Shown here: positions 39,884 to 55,255 of the stretch, piece after piece
Layout: every line of letters starts with the position of its first letter
Numbering within the stretch: position 1 is the first letter of the stretch
Assembly (NCBI RefSeq): GCF_006345805.1
Contig: NC_043004.1
Coordinates: forward strand, 52,328,001-52,392,000
DNA length: 64,000 nucleotides
Reading direction: 5' to 3'
From: Octopus sinensis
Lineage: Eukaryota
Translations under genes and position numbers: made by a program
Notes under the pieces: generated by a model
Seen by the model: the letters and a program-made list of their open reading frames with translations, nothing else
Databases searched by the model: none
What the model was told of the DNA's origin: nothing

Positions 39884-40815
39884 ACAGAGATAGACTTGAA
39901 GAGTCACAGACTTCCACGCGTATGGGGCTGTATACATTACAAGGATACAAATTACTGCAGTTCATTCGCTCAAATCCTTGGACTTGTAATCATATTAGTG
40001 TGTACAGATGCATGCAAGCATATGTGAGTGTATATGCATGTGTGTATGCATGTTTGTATGTATACATATGTGTTTGTATGTACATGTCTATGTGCGTTTA
40101 CGAACCACTATACAAATTATGAAAGGGCATAAAGAGGAGTAATCAGTTGAGACAGGAAACTTTGGAAATTGAGACAGGAAACTTTGGAAATTGCCAGTCT
40201 CTCTGATAAATTACTGAGTGAAGCATACCCTGCTATGAAGTATACTTCCTTAAAGACATTTATTATTCCTATTCTCTAATTCTTCCTTCCTTTTCTCCCC
40301 CTCTCTCTCTAAAGTTATTTGTATATTTACATATGATTATGCATACATAATTAATAATATCAGGGTAATAAAGAGTTTAGAAATTTTTACTACCAGTGGC
40401 CTAGCGTAAAGAAAAATTAGTCAATACACAATATATTATTCCTGGATCATTATACATTAAAATGCATAAGCAAAAGGCACATGCTGGATTGGCCTTGTGT
40501 ATATTATGTTTAATCTAGGCGTACCTGTTGAGGAAGACTTCGCCTAGCAAATTATTTTATTTTATTTGTTAAAATAAGTCAGAAATCATGGTCCAGTAAA
40601 TAGATTGTAAATGCTTTCATTTTTGATTCCCTTGGAGAGTTTATACCTAATTAGTGGTTTGGAATTTAGCTGTTCCTTCTAGCGTAAGGGATTCCTATGA
40701 TGGTAACCTCTTAATGTGTTTAAATGTACACTGTATTTTATATGGTTATGTATGGATGTGTTGTATATATATAATATATATATATATAATATATACTATA
40801 TATTATATATATGAT

Positions 40816-40885
<70 letters not shown>

Positions 40886-40887
<2 letters not shown>

Positions 40888-41278
40888 TGTTTTTACTCTA
40901 TTACTTGTTTCACTCATCATTGATTGCGGGCAAGCTGGAGCACCGCCTTTAGTCGAGCAAATCGACCCCAGAACTTATTCTTTGTAAGCCTAGTACTTAT
41001 TCTATCGGTCTCTTTTGCCGATCCGCTAAGTTACGGGGACGTAAACACACCAGCATCGGTTGTTAACCGATGTTGGGGGGACAGACAGACACACAACACA
41101 CACACCACACACACACACACACATACACACATATATATATATATATACATTTATACGACGGGCTTCTTTTCAGTTTCCGTCTACCAAATCCACTCAGAAG
41201 GCCTTGGTCGGCAGGAGGCTATAGTAGAAGGCACCTGCCCAAGATGTCACGCAGTGGGACTGAACCTGGAACCGTGTT
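40886..41278 (-). mobile_element. SINE family A variant, head truncated
   Basis: Matches the family A body and tail. Confidence 0.85.
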
Positions 41279-41831
41279 GTTGTTTGCTGTATGTATTTAT
41301 AGATATATATTCATGTATATGTATTGTGAATAGGTATGCTATTGTATTTATGCATACACACACACGTATGCACACACACACACACATATAAATTGTAAAT
41401 AGCATATGTATGTATGTATGTATGTAGACAACGCAAATGTTCAAGCTTTGAAAAAATGTAGAATAGACATAAGACAGTGAACGCGGAACTTTACGTTGGA
41501 AAGTTTTATTAATTCGACAAAAATGATATTTTACGAAGGGAAATACTACAGTGATGCCTCAAGATAAAATTTTACACTAATTCATTTCTGTGGAGGCACA
41601 GAAAAACAGGTTGAATAGTTATTATTTTAATTTCGATTTCAGTCAGTTATTCTTAAAAGATTTTGCTACTTCTGCCAATATTACACCCGATATATAAGGA
41701 ACTGACAGATGTTTTCCAGGTTGCTCTCCAATATGCTTGCTAAGGCTATCCGGTTCCATATTTATAACTAAATTGGTTATGTAGCTACTTACGAAATCAA
41801 AATTGGTAGTCAAAAATATCTGAAGCGAAGT

Positions 41832-41911
<80 letters not shown>

Positions 41912-41927
41912 CATACATACATACATA

Positions 41928-43226
<1,299 letters not shown>

Positions 43227-43241
43227 ATGTTTGTATATATG

Positions 43242-43311
<70 letters not shown>

Positions 43312-43313
<2 letters not shown>

Positions 43314-43675
43314 AAGGCGCTTAGCTCGGTGATTAGAGCTTGGAGCTCTCTACTATGGGATAGTGAGTTAGATTTCATGCCCGGACAGTGTGTTGTATTC
43401 TTCGGCGAGAAACTTTATTTCACGTTGCTCTAGTTCACTCAAATGTAGAAATGGCTGGTTTACTTCACTGGTGCCAAACAGTATCGTCATTTGACTTTCC
43501 TTTGGATAACATCGTGGTTTGGATAAGAAAGGCTTGCATGCATGTGTGACTGCTGGTCTTCCTTAAAACAACCTAGCAGGGGTGGGGCAACTACCGTGGA
43601 GGGGAAATTATTAGAAGCAATCGTATGGTCCTTCATGATCGAGGTGAGTCTTTACTCTTTACTCTTTACTCTGTG
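43312..43675 (+). mobile_element. tRNA-derived SINE family C (Meta-like central domain), degenerate
   Basis: Head gaaggcgcttagctcggtgattag; central ttgtattcttcggcgagaaactttatttcacgttgctc; (tactctt)n tail; similar to 60470-60726. Confidence 0.7.
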
Positions 43676-44004
43676 TGTGTGTTAACAAATTATAAAAATG
43701 TTTATCGTAATGTACAGAATAGTATTCTTGTAATAATACTATTAAGGTTTCGATGAAATGAAGAAATTGTTCTTCCCTTTATTTTGACACGTCTAAATAA
43801 AAACTGCCCATTCTCTAATTAACTGTAACAAAATAAAAGCAAAAAATTGAAATAAAATAAAATATTCTTCAGAAATATGTTTTCAACTTGGAGTTAGTTC
43901 ATTGAAATAAAAATTAAGCTAACTTTATACTAGTGTCTTGCCGGGAAATTCTGGGTACTCTATGTGAGGCTTTCATGTTCGTGTAATATATATATATATA
44001 TTTG

Positions 44005-44124
44005 CGAGGTCTGATGAAAAAGTATCCGGACTGTTGCTAGAGTAACGAAGCTAAAGCACGCAGAGTAAATCTGCTTGGAGAAGATTTATAATTGCTTCAG
44101 TTTCGTTACTATGTCAACAGTCCG
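44005..44124. mobile_element. Small mariner-type MITE / foldback
   Basis: Starts cgaggtctgatgaaaaagtatccggac; arms 44027-44052 and 44099-44124 are inverted copies. Confidence 0.65.
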
Positions 44125-44187
44125 ACACAAGCATACACACATACACAAACACGCACGCACTCACACGTTCCCACACACACACATACA

Positions 44188-44225
<38 letters not shown>

Positions 44226-44516
44226 ACACACACACACACAAACAAGGACACAAACCAATACGCACGTAAAGATACACAACTTAGAAGAACGGAATGGAAT
44301 AAGTGGAGTAAGAACGGACACACGGACACGAAGTGTCGTTGGAGAGGTCACAGATTTGTAACGAAAGATTTCTGTACAATGGACATGAGTTAAAATAAGA
44401 ACAGTAATAAACGAGTGAAGAAAAAAATATTAAAAAAATGACCTTCCCCAGATATAGCAATATAGGTTTTAACAGACGATTTCACATCAGGAATCTTGCA
44501 ATACAAATGCATAACC

Positions 44517-44570
<54 letters not shown>

Positions 44571-45038
44571 CTATTATATATATATATTCTTATATTCATA
44601 TATGCATACACGTATGCATATATATACATATATGTATGTTTATGTGTGTGTACATATCTTTATTCACACGTACCTATATCAATAAATATACACATACACA
44701 CATATGCATGCCCTCACACGCACATTCATATGCTGGCGACCTCAATGCCTTGGCTACTTCCTAAAAGTGGTTAGCTTCAGCAGTGCTGAGCTGTTATAAT
44801 GCGACGAAGCAATATACTTTTACTTTAAAACTACACCGCACAAAGCATATTTCCCTCCACTATGGAAGGAACCGCATTCCAGCATCTTTCATCCACATTC
44901 CAGCATTTTTCATATTATGTCTCACTCCATACCTAAAAGCAATTGTTTTGCTTTATTACTCGCTGTGTATATATGTAGTTTTCTCCTGACGTGGGTCTGT
45001 TACTTAGATACGTTCCTCCTAAATCCGTGATGAAGCTT

Positions 45039-45088
<50 letters not shown>

Positions 45089-45808
45089 ACATACATACAT
45101 ACATTCATTCATACATTCATTCATGCATCTCTCTGTATCTTATTATGTATGCATATAGATGACTATATATACACCCACACTTGTATGTATATATATACAC
45201 TAACATTCTGATGCATGTATACATGGAATGTGTTTGTGCTTGTTTGTAAATATGTGCGTATATATACGCGGAACAGGTTTTCCAAACGCTATTATTGATG
45301 TAGGAAGGAGGCAGAAAAAATAAGCAGCGAGATAGATAAACTGAAAAAATACTGAGCTAGTATCTCATTAAGACTTAGAGGATATTGTTTTAAGACAATA
45401 AACGCTTTCATCTCAAAATATATGTATCAGTGGCCATTTTTCAGCAGACGACACATCTAAGTAGATAAATGGATATATTTTATGGCTTATAATGTCCTTA
45501 AGATGGAGTAAGATCAATAATAATGTAGAAAAAACAGGTATGTAGATATTGTGAACGCGAGGCAAATACTAATAGATGCAAAGAGAAACGTATGTGTATG
45601 TTTATAGGGAGACGAACATAAACGAAAATAGCATAGTTTTGATATGCAGGGAGATACACGAGACAGGAGATAAAACGGTTGAACGCTGGAGAAATCGACG
45701 TCGAGATATGATATAAAATTTCTTTTTATGCACACACACACACACACACATACACATATATTTATGTATATATGTTTATATGTATATGTATATTTATATA
45801 TATGTATG

Positions 45809-45864
<56 letters not shown>

Positions 45865-45896
45865 ATGTGTGTGTGTATGTGTGTGTGTGTGTGTTA

Positions 45897-46235
45897 TTTT
45901 ATTATTTTACTTGTTTCAGTCATTGACTGCGTCAGTGCTAGAGTACTGCCTTTAGTCGAACAAATGGACCGCAGGACTTATTCTTTTTAAAACTAATACC
46001 TATTCTATCGGATTCATTTGCTGAGCCACAAAGTCACGGGGACAAAAACACCAATATCAAATGTCAAGCCATGTTAGAGGGACAAACACAGAGACACAAA
46101 TACACACACACACATACACACACAGACACGCGCGCACACACATACACACAGACACGGGTTTCTTTCAGTTTCCGTCTACAGTGAGACAGAACCCGGAACC
46201 ATATGGTTGGGAAGCAAGCTTCTTACCACTGCCGA
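45897..46235 (-). mobile_element. SINE family A, internally deleted
   Basis: Tail, body and head match family A. Confidence 0.8.
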
Positions 46236-46509
46236 CTTATGTACAGAATGTTCCATTTACACTGCATACAAGTGTAGCTATAACGTCTAATAAACTGACA
46301 TTAAGTTCACTTACTTCTTCAGGATTACGTACAAAAGCCAAATCCCACCGCGGACGTCACTTTAATAACCAATGAGTTTGTTCCCGTTTCTCCTATCACT
46401 TTCCCTTCAAATATAGAATAAAGGCTTTATATCTCATTAGCATACTACTTCCGGGCCTTCGTATGTGATCATTTATACATACATACACACATGCGTGCAT
46501 GCATGCATA

Positions 46510-46545
<36 letters not shown>

Positions 46546-46548
<3 letters not shown>

Positions 46549-46870
46549 AGGGCGCGTGGCTTAGTGGTTAGGGCATTCGGCTCATGATCGTAAGGTTGTG
46601 AGTTCGATTCCCGGCGACGCGTTGTGTCCTTGAGCAAGACACTTTATTTCACGTTGCTCCAGTCCACTCAGCTGGCAAAAATGAGTTGTACTTGTATTTC
46701 AAAGGGTCAGCCTTGTCACTCTCTGTGTCACGCTGATTATCCCCGAGAACTACGTTAAGGGTACACGTGTCTGTGGAATGCTCAGCCATTTGCACGTTAA
46801 TTTCACGAGCAAGCTGTTCCGTTGATCGTATCAGCTGGGACCCTCGTCGTCGTAACCGGCGGAGTCTTTT
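46546..46870 (+). mobile_element. tRNA-derived SINE (family C head and centre, family D tail)
   Basis: A box TGGCTTAGTGG, B box GAGTTCGATTCC, gtgtccttgagcaagacactt centre; 3' 180 bp nearly identical to 62344-62522. Confidence 0.9.
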
Positions 46871-46871
46871 A

Positions 46872-46918
<47 letters not shown>

Positions 46919-47362
46919 CTATCAATAACAATAAAGGGTAAAATTAATTAATTAATAATTAATAACTTTATCAATTATTTCGGTATGCTAAAAGAACCAT
47001 TATCGGTAAACTTATACAAAAATTCTATAATTATGAGCATAATTGGTCAAATTGCGTATGTTAATTTTCTGTGCTCTGAAATTTAAAATTTTGAATTACT
47101 GTACTAATGAGGAGAATGAGTGAGTAGAAATATGATTTTACATTTTTCACATCTCTCTAACTCCAAAACGCGTACACAATTAATCATAGCCGGGTGGATT
47201 CGTTATCTATTTCTCTTTACTTGCGTGAGTTGTTGCGTACTGCTGTCTGGGAGATATCTTATGGTAGTCAAATAGTAGTTTAACTGTTATTTCTACATTT
47301 CGGTATGTGGTGAAGCACATTTTGCTGAACCCTGATTATAATTATAGTAATAATTATAGAAT

Positions 47363-47401
<39 letters not shown>

Positions 47402-47429
47402 TATATACTGTCAACTTAATGTTGAGATA

Positions 47430-47847
47430 GGTATGAGGGTGTAAAGAGTAAAGGAGTGTCAGGTATGTAGTGATATAGCCTAAGTGGGGGTAGAAAGGGG
47501 TAGTAAAATAGTAGAAAGAAGAATCTGGGAGTATAGGTTAGGTTGGTTAGAAGACAGGTCAGTGCTTAACGTATATATGAGTGTACGTATGTACGTATAC
47601 ATATGAGTACGTGCTGTATGTGTAGGTATAGATATGTATAAATATCTATATACATGTTTAATATATGCATTTGTATACATCTTGATATATATATTCCCTT
47701 CAACTACTAAGCAGTGACCTGTCCTCTAAGCAACCTAACCTATATTCCAAAATTGTTCATTCCACTATTTTACTACCCCTCTCTACCCCTCACTTAGGCT
47801 CTATAACTACATACCTGACACTCATTTACTCTTTACACTCTCATACC
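47430..47847. repeat. ~140 bp inverted repeat arms (47430-47568 / 47708-47847)
   Basis: ggtatgag.gtgtaaagagtaaa.gagtgtcaggtatgtag...acaggtca.tgctta matches the reverse complement of the right arm. Confidence 0.88.
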
Positions 47848-48206
47848 GCTCTCTCTCTCTCTATCACCTATCACCTCCCCATTCCTTCTATCTGGCACTC
47901 CTACACTCTTTACCATATCATCTTTTTACACTCTCGTATCTTTCTCTCTCTATCACCCTCACCTCTCTATTCCTACTATCAATTTTATCTTGACTGACCA
48001 CTTCACTAACAATTTCATATCTTATATTGCTTACTAAATATTGCTTACCATTTTTCACATCGTCTCCGATGAAGGGATATATAAAATATTCCGGAAACAT
48101 CTGTAAGACCTTTTTCATATAAATGTTCTAAAATCTTTCGCAAGCTTTGGATTATTATCTCATTCTGAAAATTTATACACAAACACACATATATATATAT
48201 ATTTAT

Positions 48207-48256
<50 letters not shown>

Positions 48257-48281
48257 GTCTGTCTGTCTGTCTGTCTCTCTA

Positions 48282-48341
<60 letters not shown>

Positions 48342-49329
48342 CATACACTCACGCGTGCATACATACATATTCTGAAACATATTTTTTATATAACATGATA
48401 GACTCGTTAGACAGAGAAAAATACAGTTAATATTTTTCTATAAATTAGGTTAAATGAAATATGGTAGCGTAAAATTATGGTGTCATAAAAAATTTTATGG
48501 TTATTTTGTAAATTAACAAGCCCAAGAAATGTTATTAAATTAGTGATGTCTATTGCAAAGAGATTAGATTAAAATCGCAGTTGGTGATATTTAAGAAAAC
48601 AAAATGACCTTTGAATACGAAGTAACGGTTATCTACAGGTATTTCAGCAATTCCATGAAGTGATCAGAACTTATCGTTAAATATTATGCGATGAGGAAGA
48701 AGATATCTTAAAAATATATATTAAAATATGTGTTACTTTGAAAATATAGAATTGTATTTTCAAAAATACGGCTATGAAGTATTTGAAATGGACGTATTAT
48801 AATATTTTGAAGTAGAAATTCGCTACTTTGAGGTACAATTGTGTGAAATGTCTAATATATGCATGGCTGTGTTGTTCACGAATTTGTTTCTCAGCCACAT
48901 ACATTCGAGTTCAATCCTACTGCGTGGTTCATTAAGCAAATATGTGTATTTGCGTGTTTTGTATGCACCCCTCTTTGTATTTGCCTCGCCACCGTTTTCG
49001 TTTGTTTACATCTTCATAAAGTTACAGAATACGAGTAAAGCTTTTTAAAAATATGTTTTACGGTCATTTTGTGCGACTAAAATCCATCAAGTTGGTGCCC
49101 CAGTGTGGTCGCATTCCCATTATTGTGACAAGTAGAAAAGAATAAAAAGTAAGAAATGGATAGTTCCTTTTGTTAATCACCAAGGAAAAAAAATGTGTGT
49201 GAAGAGATATAACATGAAGCTGGCAGAATTAATAGCGCACTGGGAAAATGTGGCATTTCCTCCGTCATTACGTCCTGAGTTCAACTTCCAACAAAGCCAG
49301 ACAATGGTGCAGCAACTGCAATTCTCTTT

Positions 49330-49435
49330 TGTTACCTTAACTTGAAGAAAAGCAATATTACAGATGTTTTACCTGTGCCCCCAGGAGCATCAAGAAAGAA
49401 AATTCCTATGCTTTTTTTCTGGCGATTGTAGAACG
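49330..49435 (-). pseudogene. Helitron PIF1-like helicase motif I fragment
   Basis: Peptide GIFFLDAPGGTGKT, the Walker A context typical of Helitron RepHel. Confidence 0.75.
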
Positions 49436-49691
49436 TCGCACGCATGCACGCATACACACATATACACACACACGAACACACCCACGAACACACCCACACA
49501 TAGATACATATGCATACAGTATGAAACATAAGATGAAATGGACGTGTGTATGTATGAGAGAGAGAGACAGAGAAAGCGATTGAAGGGATGTGTTGCCATG
49601 TATACGTACATACATAGATACATATTTCTTGTACATATGTGTGCCTATGTGTCTGAAAGAGAGAAAGACAGAAAGTGTCACTTAGACGTTA

Positions 49692-49724
<33 letters not shown>

Positions 49725-49808
49725 ACACACACGCACACATACATAGAAAAAGGTGTATGCATATGTATTTATAATACAGTTCTATATTTAAGAGATGAGG
49801 AATTATAT

Positions 49809-49991
49809 ACATTATTTACATCTGACGGATATTTGTCCTCGTCTTGTTTGTTGTTAATGAGTGAGAATCCAGGTTTGAAATTTCCCCAAGACACCAGATG
49901 AAGGCTGGAGTGTATATCAGCCGAAACGTTGTGTTAACAACAAACAAGATAAGTATAAATATCCGTCAAATGTAAATAATGTAAATAATGT
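49809..49991 (+). mobile_element. 5'-truncated copy of the hammerhead element with an inverted duplicate of its 3' end
   Basis: 49858-49991 is homologous to the reverse complement of 37461-37600; 49809-49857 is the reverse complement of 49934-49982. Confidence 0.8.
49890..49935 (+). ncRNA. Minimal type-I hammerhead motif with a core mutation (CAGAUGA)
   Basis: gacac CAGATGA a GGCTG gagtgtatat CAGCC GAAA CGTT gtgtt. Confidence 0.65.
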
Positions 49992-50246
49992 ATATGTATT
50001 TATGTATGTACATTCACATGAAAACACAGCCCTTCAGTCACACACACACAGCGGCTCACTCACATGCATAAATGTATATAAACCTACATACAAAAACACA
50101 CGTGTGCGTGTGTAACTGACTACAAATACATAGAGCTGAACACGACGGGCAAAAAGGAAATATATAAATATTTACGGAAATTAACGAAGTGTGCAAGTTC
50201 GGAACGAAATCAAACCAGGAGAGAGAGAGTGTGTGTGTGTGTGTAC

Positions 50247-50311
<65 letters not shown>

Positions 50312-50708
50312 AGAGAGAGAACATTGCAAACAGTGAATGAAATAAAGAGGGCAGGAAAAAAATCGTATAAATAAAGGCACGTTAAAAACAATCTTGTAAT
50401 GAATATTTAGATTTGTAAACTTTGTAAATATTTCCTTCAGTAATTTATCGTTGCTGTTTACAAATAGAGAACGTTAAAATAGAGAGTGAGAGACCTCGGC
50501 ATTTTTACCTCAAAACCGGAGGTTGACATTGAGAAACCATTTTAAAGAAGTGAATCATAACTATAAAGCAATATTTTGTCTTCAAAAAACAATCGAATGA
50601 ATTATATGTCCGCGTTCAAATTATTCTTGCATCACAACTATGGACGTAATTGGTGAAGCCGTTTTCAAGTGAAAAGCGAATACACACATTTCTATATTAT
50701 ATTATACG

Positions 50709-50757
<49 letters not shown>

Positions 50758-50880
50758 TATATATACATATACATACTCCTACATACGCCCCCATACAAAA
50801 AAAAAACAAGCATATATATACCTTATGCATATATAACTCATGCTGATACACACATTCACATATATCTATATATCATATAT

Positions 50881-51260
50881 ACTCTTTTACTCTTTTACTT
50901 GTTTCAGTCATTTGACTGCGGTCATGCTGGAGCACCGCCTGTAGTCGACCCCGGGACTTATTCTTTGTAAGCCCAGTACTTATTCTATCGGTCTCTTTTG
51001 CCGAACCGCTAAGTGACGGCGACGTAAACACACCAGCATCGGTTGTCAAGCAATGCTAAGGGGACAAACACAGACACACAAACACACACACACACATACA
51101 TACATACACATATATACATATATACGACAGGCTTCTTTCACAAGGCATTGGTCGGCCCGGGGCTATAGCAGAAGACACTTGCCCAAGATGCCACGCAGTG
51201 GGACTGAACCCGGAACCATGTGGTTGGTAAACAAGCTACTTACCACACAGCCACTCCTGC
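50881..51260 (-). mobile_element. SINE family A
   Basis: High identity to the other family A copies. Confidence 0.9.
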
Positions 51261-51884
51261 ATAATCATATTTCATCCAAAATAACACGGTTAATCATTTT
51301 GCATCAAAGAACATGAATCCAGGACACATATCTATGCTACCAAAGTGTGTTTACCCATTTTATTTGAATGATATCAAAGAACATGTGCCAATCATATTTT
51401 TTGGTCCTAAATAACATGAAACATATCTGTATTTTAATGGTGATGCGCTAACGTTACCGAAAACATAAAACTATTACGTTTATAGTACTTTTCCAGCCAT
51501 ATCAATATTTCAAAAGATGCCACAGAAAATGGAATAAAATAAAACTGATTTCGTAGTTATTCCAGAAATATTTTTACCAACAGGTTACCAACTGCTAATT
51601 ATGTAGAAACAGTAAGCTTTCGCTTTCAAGGATGGGAGACTATAAAAAGCTGTGGCTATAAATAATTATCGATCTATCTATATTTATATGTACACGCGTT
51701 GGGACACAGACGAAGAACGCATATGCAAATTCTAAACGAACACACATAAGCACACACACACGCACACACACACGCACACACACATATATGTACATACATT
51801 CTTTATTATAGTTCGAAGCTGCCTTAGTTGAGAATAGTAATCTTACTCAGTTATATATTATGTATATACATATCTATCTATCTA

Positions 51885-51984
<100 letters not shown>

Positions 51985-51987
51985 ATT

Positions 51988-52025
<38 letters not shown>

Positions 52026-52104
52026 CGCATGGGTGTGTGTGTATAAATATGTATATATATATATATATTCATACACATGTGCATACATACTTACATACAT
52101 ACAT

Positions 52105-52385
52105 ACACGTCGCTGATAGCAGGCAGAGCAAAATGCTTAGCAGGATTTCACTTGTCTTTACATTCTGAGTTCTAATTGTGCTGAAGTCAGCTTTGTCCTT
52201 CAATCCATTTGGGGACGATAGAATAAGCAGGAGTCAATTATTGATAGCGATGTTGCCGATTCGCCCTGAATCCAAGTTGCAGACCCTGCGCCGAAATTTG
52301 AGATCATTATGTTCATATATATACGGCGATGCCCCAGCATGGCTACAGCTCGTGAGCTGAAACTAGATAAAATAAATAAATAAAA
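52105..52385 (+). mobile_element. Degenerate SINE family B with an A-like tail
   Basis: aaaatgcttagcaggatttc..ttctgagttct..ctttgtccttcaatcc; tail ggcgatgccccagcatggctacagctcgtgagctgaaactag. Confidence 0.7.
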
Positions 52386-52649
52386 TACACATATACACAT
52401 ACACATTTCATAAGTATGCACATGTACGTACGTATAAACACACGTACATACGCTCATACATGCATATGTAGTTGTGTAACACGTGTATGTTTTATATGTT
52501 ATATATTTCATAAAGTGGAAACTTCATTTCATACAGAAGTCAACATATTTTCACACATATAAGTGTGTGTGTGTGTGTGTTTGATTATGTCTATGTACGT
52601 ATGCATGCATACATACATAGCCTCATAGACAGAATATACAACAGTATAG

Positions 52650-52965
52650 TTACGAGATATCCTGGTCCCCTTCACCAGAAAGAGCTATCCTCCCTATTCC
52701 CGGAACTCCCTACTCTCGGAACATTTATGGTGCATTTTAGGAAAAAAAGTAAGGAGTCGATATACTCCACCACGATCACTATAATAACTGGATACTGTTT
52801 TAGCTGAAGAAAAGACAAAAATTCCTTTGGAAAAATTTCAAAATTTTGTACGAGTCTATACCTCGTAGAATTCAAGCTGTAATTACTGCCAAAGGCAGCC
52901 CTACCCATATTAAAATAAATTTATTTGAAATGTTAAGGTGTTTCCATTAGTTTGTCCAACCCCTG
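52650..52965 (+). mobile_element. Tc1-like transposon 3' remnant with TIR
   Basis: EHLWCILGKKVRS and YESIPRRIQAVITAKGSPTPY* echoes; end tttgtccaacccctg|TA. Confidence 0.8.
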
Positions 52966-53184
52966 TATATATATATACATAAAATGAGCTTCACGTCTGA
53001 TGCTATTCCGAGTTTCTTTTCAGGAATATTTTTCATTCACACGGCCCTTAAATTTTATTTTCTACTCACCACATTTCTCTTTTTGCTTTAAGTATGGACG
53101 TTTCGGTCGATATTTCTACGAAAACTAGTCATAAAACAATCATTGAAAAGTCAAATTTTTTTCCAGAAAACCCGACTACAGTTC

Positions 53185-53680
53185 TCAGCGATATCTATTT
53201 GCTATTTTTACTATATGAGATATTTTGAGATTCCAAAATGTCGAAATTACTTTTAGACTGCAAATTAAACATACGTTGATTATCTCCAGCTGCTTTAATG
53301 TGGATTGGAATTGATCTGTTTGAAACATTACTATTTTTTTCCGCTGCCAATGTCTTCTTAATTTAGCTTTAACTTTAGACGTGTCGACTGCAATGGCGGC
53401 ACAAGCTTGGCTTTCATTTGATACATACGCGAGAAAATAGATAAAAACTCTAATGAAGGATATCATATACATTCCGTGTGTGGTATTAATCGTTCTTTAT
53501 TGGAAATTACATGCAGCACACAGAGGTAATCATTTTACATCAAAGAACATGAACCAATCGTGTATCTGTGCTATCAAATAACATTTATCCATTTATATTT
53601 CTACGATATCTGAGAACGTGAACCAATAATATTTTTATGGTATCAAAGAACGTGTTTCAAAGACATTTCTATATTATGGA
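53185..53680 (+). repeat. Locally repeated AT-rich module (copies also at ~57950-58290, ~62590-62900, partial 51280-51430)
   Basis: Shared aatggcggc..ggctttcattt..gagaaaatagataaaaact..atgaag.atatca and atcaaagaacatg subrepeats. Confidence 0.85.
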
Positions 53681-53957
53681 AAGCATTACAACAAATAGAT
53701 TTATATGCTATTTCCAATGGTCAACATCACCACCATATCTCTCCTCATTACAACTAATACTAGAGTTAGAACGACTAATAGAGTCAAGACGACCACGGAA
53801 GACACGATCAATATCATTTTTTCAACTTTAGAAATATCGAACTGGGATTATTTGTTGTAATAAGTCACCAGCAACTACTTTAGCTTTGTATATCGAGCAC
53901 GGGTGACCATTTCAATATCTATCGAACTATGCCCATTTACATACACATATGCGCGCG

Positions 53958-54024
<67 letters not shown>

Positions 54025-54199
54025 CATACGCGCTCACACATACATACATTTATTTATTTATTTATTTATATTTCAGAAATATATTCCAATATGTCCATAT
54101 TACAAACACATATATGTGTGTATGTATGTATGTAGGCATGCCACTTCTTCATTTAATAATTTAAATTCTTCCTCCAAAGAAAGAGCTGGTTTCTATCAA

Positions 54200-54480
54200 T
54201 GATACGAATCTCCATCTTGGATTGTGGATAACAAAAATAATGTCCTATTTAAAAACTGAGAAATGCCTTGCATAGTTTTATTGTTCCGCTTACAGACTAT
54301 ATTGGTAATGTCCGCATCAGTCGGCTGGTTTCTGTCTTTTGAAAATACAAGCTTATCCAAACTGACAGTTTGGTATATACTTACCAAACCAATTGCTAAA
54401 CCATATGCTCCAATTATTATTGTTATGAATGTAAAATTTGTGATCTGGATATATAGCTGGAAGTTCAGAAGCATTTATCT
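54200..54480 (-). mobile_element. RLE-type LINE remnant
   Basis: Frameshifted YPDHKF.. / FITIIIGAYG, resembling the RLE C-terminal YPDYKF..IPVI.GALG. Confidence 0.45.
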
Positions 54481-54789
54481 ATAGTTATCTCTTTTCTCTT
54501 TGATTTTCAAAAAGATATTCACCACAGTAGGATATGTAATGTCTATGTATGTATGTATGTCATTATTCAGTTTATTTCAAGATTTCTTGCCAAAAGAGAA
54601 ATAAACCGGTTTCTAACCTAGATCCAAAGTTTCTTCATTGGAATTTCAACATCAACAACAGGGTACATTTGTTTGTATGTATGTATGCATGTATGTATGC
54701 ATATATGTATGCATATATATGCAGATTTGTATGCTTTATGTATTTATCCTCATGAATATAGTTGCATATCTAGACATGCTCATATATAT

Positions 54790-55130
54790 TTAAGTGATAA
54801 ACCTCTGGAAAGTTTTACAGATCTTCACAGTTCCAGTGATGGATTGGATCTATAGTCTTAGAATTACCTTTCTCATATTTGGTTTTGAGAAGCCTAATTT
54901 AACAAGACTGGTATTTAGGCAGTGTGCTACATATCCCAGGGTCTCAGTAATTACAGGTATAAACCTGAACTTATAATCTGGATAGCGTCTACATATTTCT
55001 CAATAGTTCAGCATAGGTGATCTTCAGCTTTATGTTAACATCCGCTGGGTAGCTAATTTCCACAACTGTGCATAGTTTCTTTTCTCCATCCCAATCATTA
55101 TATCAGGTCGGTTGTGTTTACATTTTTGTG
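54790..55130 (-). mobile_element. RLE-type (NeSL/R4-like) LINE 3' remnant
   Basis: CKHNRPDIMI..VVEISYPADVNI..YPDYKFRFIPVITETLG..GTVKICKT in broken frames. Confidence 0.75.
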
Positions 55131-55223
55131 TGACCTTCACTGGTACTAAGTATGTATGTATGTATGTATGTATTGTGTATGTATGTAGGTATGTATGTAT
55201 TATGTATGTATGTATTATGTATG

Positions 55224-55255
<32 letters not shown>

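Noticed and set aside
44733-44764. YAGDLNA resembling the APE endonuclease GDxNA motif
   Set aside because: A single short motif with no flanking endonuclease motifs; could be chance.
53093-53135. Minus-strand tcgaccGAAACGTCcatac hammerhead 3' half
   Set aside because: No recognisable CUGANGA, and helix II is degenerate.
53185-53472. Secreted-peptide ORF (MYMISFIRVFIYFLAYVSNESQA...)
   Set aside because: The paralogous copy at 62.8 kb has a 1-bp frameshift and mostly non-synonymous changes, and the 58 kb copy diverges after the core. This is a neutral pattern.
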